A stretch of DNA of 64,000 nucleotides. Origin: a bacterium (lineage in GTDB: Bacteria; Verrucomicrobiota; Verrucomicrobiia; Limisphaerales; RI-55). Numbering within the stretch: the first letter of the stretch is position 1; each line of letters starts with the position of its first letter. This document shows positions 61,603 through 64,000 of the stretch, one piece after another. The position numbers and the translations under genes were made by a program. The notes under the pieces were generated by a model. It ran no database searches. It worked only from the letters and a program-made list of their open reading frames with translations, and was not told where the DNA came from. The DNA lies in NCBI GenBank assembly GCA_031362805.1, contig JANLTG010000034.1:5553-69552 (forward strand). The letters are read 5' to 3'.

Positions 61603-62856
61603 TCAAGGCGTTGGTTCTTGAATGCGGTAAAGGTGCTGTTCGGTCCGGATGATCAACGACGGACCACTCGCGGCCAGGGAAGCCAGCGTGCGTTCGCCGA
61701 GGTCGTTCTCCGCCAGCTTTTCAAATTGCTTCGAGGCTTTGACCACGAAAGTGCGACCCCGTTCGCTCGTGAAATAGATGCGTCCCTTGGCAAACAGCGG
61801 CGAGGCCGAGAAATCACCGCCCAGCCGCTCGTTCCAATGCAACTCGCCGGAACGCGCATCGACACAACTGGCCACGCCGTTGTCGGCAACAAAGTAGAGC
61901 TCGTCGCCCACCAACAGCATCGATGGCGTGTTGGGCGCGCTGCGCACGGCTTTCCAGGCGACGTGGGAATCCGTGACGTCGCCCCGGCCATCGACCCTGA
62001 TGGCGTAAGTCCACGGCCGGTCGTATCCCGTTCCGATGAAAACCATGCCGTGCCCAAAGACCGGCCGGGGCACGACGGAGTAACCTTCACCGTAAAGCAC
62101 CCGCCAGATCTCCTGACCGTTGGTTGGATTCAGCGCACTCACCAGCCCGCTGCCGGGAGTGATCAACTGCGCCTGACCGTTCACCTGAATGAGCAAAGGC
62201 GTGCAGAACGAGAAAGTTTTCTTCGCGATGGTGTCACGTTTCACCCGCCAGACGACAGCGCCAGTTTGCGTGTCGAGGGCGGCCACGAATGGATCACTGC
62301 CGCCATCGCAGGTGAAGATCAGCTTGTCATCGACGATGACGGGCGAGCCGCCATTCCCATGCACCGGCGAATAACTCAGACCGGTTTGTCGCCAAAGAAC
62401 CTGGCCGCCAAGATCCAAGGCGGCCGTGCCCAGATGGCCGAAATGTACAAAGACCTGGTCGCCTGCCACGATCGGCGTCGGGCTCGCATCGCTGTTTTTT
62501 GAGTGCTTACCGGGGGCGGCTGCCACTGGGAAAATTTCCTGGTTCCAAAGCAATCGTCCCGAAGCGAGATCGTGGGCAAGCGTGCGCAGCGAGGTGGGAT
62601 TGCCGGCGTCGTCGCGCAGCGCGGTCGTCAAATAGATCACTCCGCGATGCACCACCGGAGACGACCAACCGACGCCCGGCACGGGCTGCTTCCAGACAAT
62701 GTTCTCGGACGGACTCCAGCGCAGCGGCAGCTTGCCGGAGTTGGCATGGCCCTGCCCGGTTGTTCCGCGGAACTCCGGCCAGTCGTCTTGCGCGGCGAGG
62801 GGCAGAGCCGTAATCAAAAAGGCGCCCACGAGTACGTCGAGACAGAGCGGTCGCAT
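61603..62856 (-). CDS. Secreted PQQ-like beta-propeller repeat protein
   Basis: The track ORF is 61603-62943. The ATG at 62856 gives MRPLCLDVLVGAFLITALPLAAQ followed by DDWPEFRGTTGQGH. Propeller-blade repeats include SPVVHRGVIYLTT, TPIVAGDQVFVHFG, SPVIVDDKLIFTCDG, SPLFAKGRIYFTS. Confidence 0.75.
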   Translation of the reverse strand: MRPLCLDVLVGAFLITALPLAAQDDWPEFRGTTGQGHANSGKLPLRWSPSENIVWKQPVPGVGWSSPVVHRGVIYLTTALRDDAGNPTSLRTLAHDLASGRLLWNQEIFPVAAAPGKHSKNSDASPTPIVAGDQVFVHFGHLGTAALDLGGQVLWRQTGLSYSPVHGNGGSPVIVDDKLIFTCDGGSDPFVAALDTQTGAVVWRVKRDTIAKKTFSFCTPLLIQVNGQAQLITPGSGLVSALNPTNGQEIWRVLYGEGYSVVPRPVFGHGMVFIGTGYDRPWTYAIRVDGRGDVTDSHVAWKAVRSAPNTPSMLLVGDELYFVADNGVASCVDARSGELHWNERLGGDFSASPLFAKGRIYFTSERGRTFVVKASKQFEKLAENDLGERTLASLAASGPSLIIRTEQHLYRIQEPTP

Positions 62857-62945
62857 GTCGGCAAAGGTAGCCGAGCTCGTTGTTCTGTCGAGCGTGCGAG
62901 CCCGGGATTTGCAATCGGCTTCAGGATCGTTAGCCTCGCTCACGT

Positions 62946-63182
62946 ATGAACCAACCCAACGTTCCTCAGAAGAGTCCCCTCGTTCAAAAAACTGCGCCCG
63001 GCACTTATTGGTGGTGTGCCTGCGGCAAGTCAGCCCGCCAGCCTTTTTGTGATGGTGCCCACAAGGGCAGCGCTTTTTCGCCCAAGAAAGTGGAGATCAC
63101 AGAAGAAAAAACGGTGGCTTGGTGCGGCTGCAAGCACTCGAAGAACGCGCCGTTCTGCGATGGCTCGCACTCGGGGCTGTAA
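62946..63182 (+). CDS. CDGSH-type iron-sulfur domain protein (two CDGSH motifs)
   Basis: 78 aa. CACGKSARQPFCDGAH and CGCKHSKNAPFCDGSH. Confidence 0.85.
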   Translation: MNQPNVPQKSPLVQKTAPGTYWWCACGKSARQPFCDGAHKGSAFSPKKVEITEEKTVAWCGCKHSKNAPFCDGSHSGL

Positions 63183-63186
63183 GCGG

Positions 63187-63666
63187 TCAGGAATTTTTTT
63201 GAAACAGGACGCTGGTGTCCGCGAGGTTCAGCACGGACAGGTCGAGACCGCTTTCAGGATCGCGTTCGTAGGCGAGCTTCATCTGGAGGGCCACCTTCCT
63301 GAGGCTCACCGGGGCGTAGTATTTGACCGCGCCGACGCTGATCGAAGCCGGGAAGATCACTACCAGCAGGCTGTATTCGTCGACATTGATCACCAGGATG
63401 CTGCTCTTTTCACCCTGCTGGTAAACGCTGCTGAAATCCAGTTCGCCAATCAGGCCGGCAATGGTCTGCGTGGCCGCAAACGACGCCGCGGACAGGGCCG
63501 CCAGCGTGGTGGTGTCAAGCTCCTCGAAATCGCCCTGCTGTGTGATGAGGAAGCCGCCGCGGTCAATGATCAACGCGGTGTTTGCCTCCGTCTTGCGAAG
63601 CAGGTCGCGCAAGGACACATCCAGCGCCGCGATGTCTTCCTCCAGCAACTGGGGCAGGGTGGACAT
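63187..63666 (-). CDS. mglB: Roadblock/LC7-domain protein, MglB-like (GAP of MglA)
   Basis: 159 aa. TALIIDRGGFLITQQG ... AALSAASFAATQTIAGLIGE ... ILVINVDEYSLLVVIF is a Roadblock/LC7 pattern. It starts 1 nt after the mglA stop. Confidence 0.7.
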   Translation of the reverse strand: MSTLPQLLEEDIAALDVSLRDLLRKTEANTALIIDRGGFLITQQGDFEELDTTTLAALSAASFAATQTIAGLIGELDFSSVYQQGEKSSILVINVDEYSLLVVIFPASISVGAVKYYAPVSLRKVALQMKLAYERDPESGLDLSVLNLADTSVLFQKNS

Positions 63667-63667
63667 A

Positions 63668-64000
63668 TCAGGCAGTCTTGCGGGAGGACTCGTTGATGAA
63701 TTTGTGCAGCAACATGCGGGTGATCATGTTCAACGTCTCAAAGACACCCTCGCACTTGTGGGCGCAGGCCTCGAACGAGGGCACCTGCACCTCGCGGTTG
63801 TTGAGCAGATACTCCATGTAATCAACGGGCGCGACGTTGGGCAGGTCGCGCTTGTTGTACTGCAGCACGTGCGGGATGTCGTCGATGTTCAGCTTCAGCG
63901 CCTTCAAGTTGTCCTGGAGGTTCGTGAAGCTCTCCACGTTCTCTTCCATCTTGTCGTATTGCGAGTCGGCCACGAACACGATGCCGTCCACCCCGCGGAG
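63668..64000 (-). CDS. mglA: Ras-like GTPase MglA. The 5' end lies beyond the right window edge.
   Basis: The frame stays open to position 64000 (LRGVDGIVFVADSQYDKMEENVESF...LQYNKRDLPN). NKRD is the G4 motif. The sequence matches the conserved MglA C-terminal half. Confidence 0.85.
   Translation of the reverse strand, partial: LRGVDGIVFVADSQYDKMEENVESFTNLQDNLKALKLNIDDIPHVLQYNKRDLPNVAPVDYMEYLLNNREVQVPSFEACAHKCEGVFETLNMITRMLLHKFINESSRKTA

Noticed and set aside
61525-62502. 325-aa plus-strand ORF
   Set aside because: It is antisense to the PQQ-propeller gene 61603-62856, with no recognisable domains.

Overview
This is a 64-kb, high-GC (over 60% by eye) chromosomal segment. Its gene content points to a PVC-superphylum bacterium (Verrucomicrobiota or Planctomycetota): pilin-like H-X9-DG proteins, a DUF1549/DUF1553 protein, a giant DUF2723 protein, three PQQ-type beta-propellers and MglA/MglB. 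This taxonomic call is an inference.

I call 52 protein-coding genes and one tRNA-Arg(TCG). Two genes are cut by the window edges: priA on the left and mglA on the right. By eye I found no rRNA, CRISPR array, integrase, transposase or prophage genes. High GC creates many long antisense or out-of-frame ORFs in the track, and I rejected these.

The content is mostly housekeeping and envelope functions:
- Core and metabolic genes: priA, nagA, phoX-like, rlmD-like, an aminotransferase, sufE and tatD.
- Transport and envelope genes: OppABC, HtrA, a CzcCBA-type efflux system and CopC.

The items most worth a second look are:
1. A 101-bp, 95%-identical direct repeat of the 3' end of an ALDH-family gene. 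It brackets a 930-bp, AT-richer cassette carrying an HNH nuclease and a DUF2784-like membrane protein (22631-23661). The two copies differ almost only by synonymous changes.
2. A LuxE/LuxC-sized pair (adenylate-forming enzyme plus ALDH) split by a tightly packed HTH plus nucleotidyltransferase-fold module that looks like a toxin-antitoxin pair (19045-22731).
3. A five-gene operon joining an MMPL exporter, an unrecognised 548-aa protein with at least 14 [FWL]-P-[LFIV]-[FY] repeats, and MlaE/F/D (52083-59058).
4. A pilin-like H-X9-DG protein fused to a Pro-rich linker, a second TM helix and a DUF2007-like domain, with a tandem paralogue upstream (8902-10935).
5. A heptamer-periodic inverted repeat in front of a CocE/NonD hydrolase (12628-12754).
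6. An ECF sigma / anti-sigma / DUF2723 string lying divergent from a repeat-rich secreted protein (37708-44411).

All functional calls come from motif recognition in the translations. No database search or computation was run.
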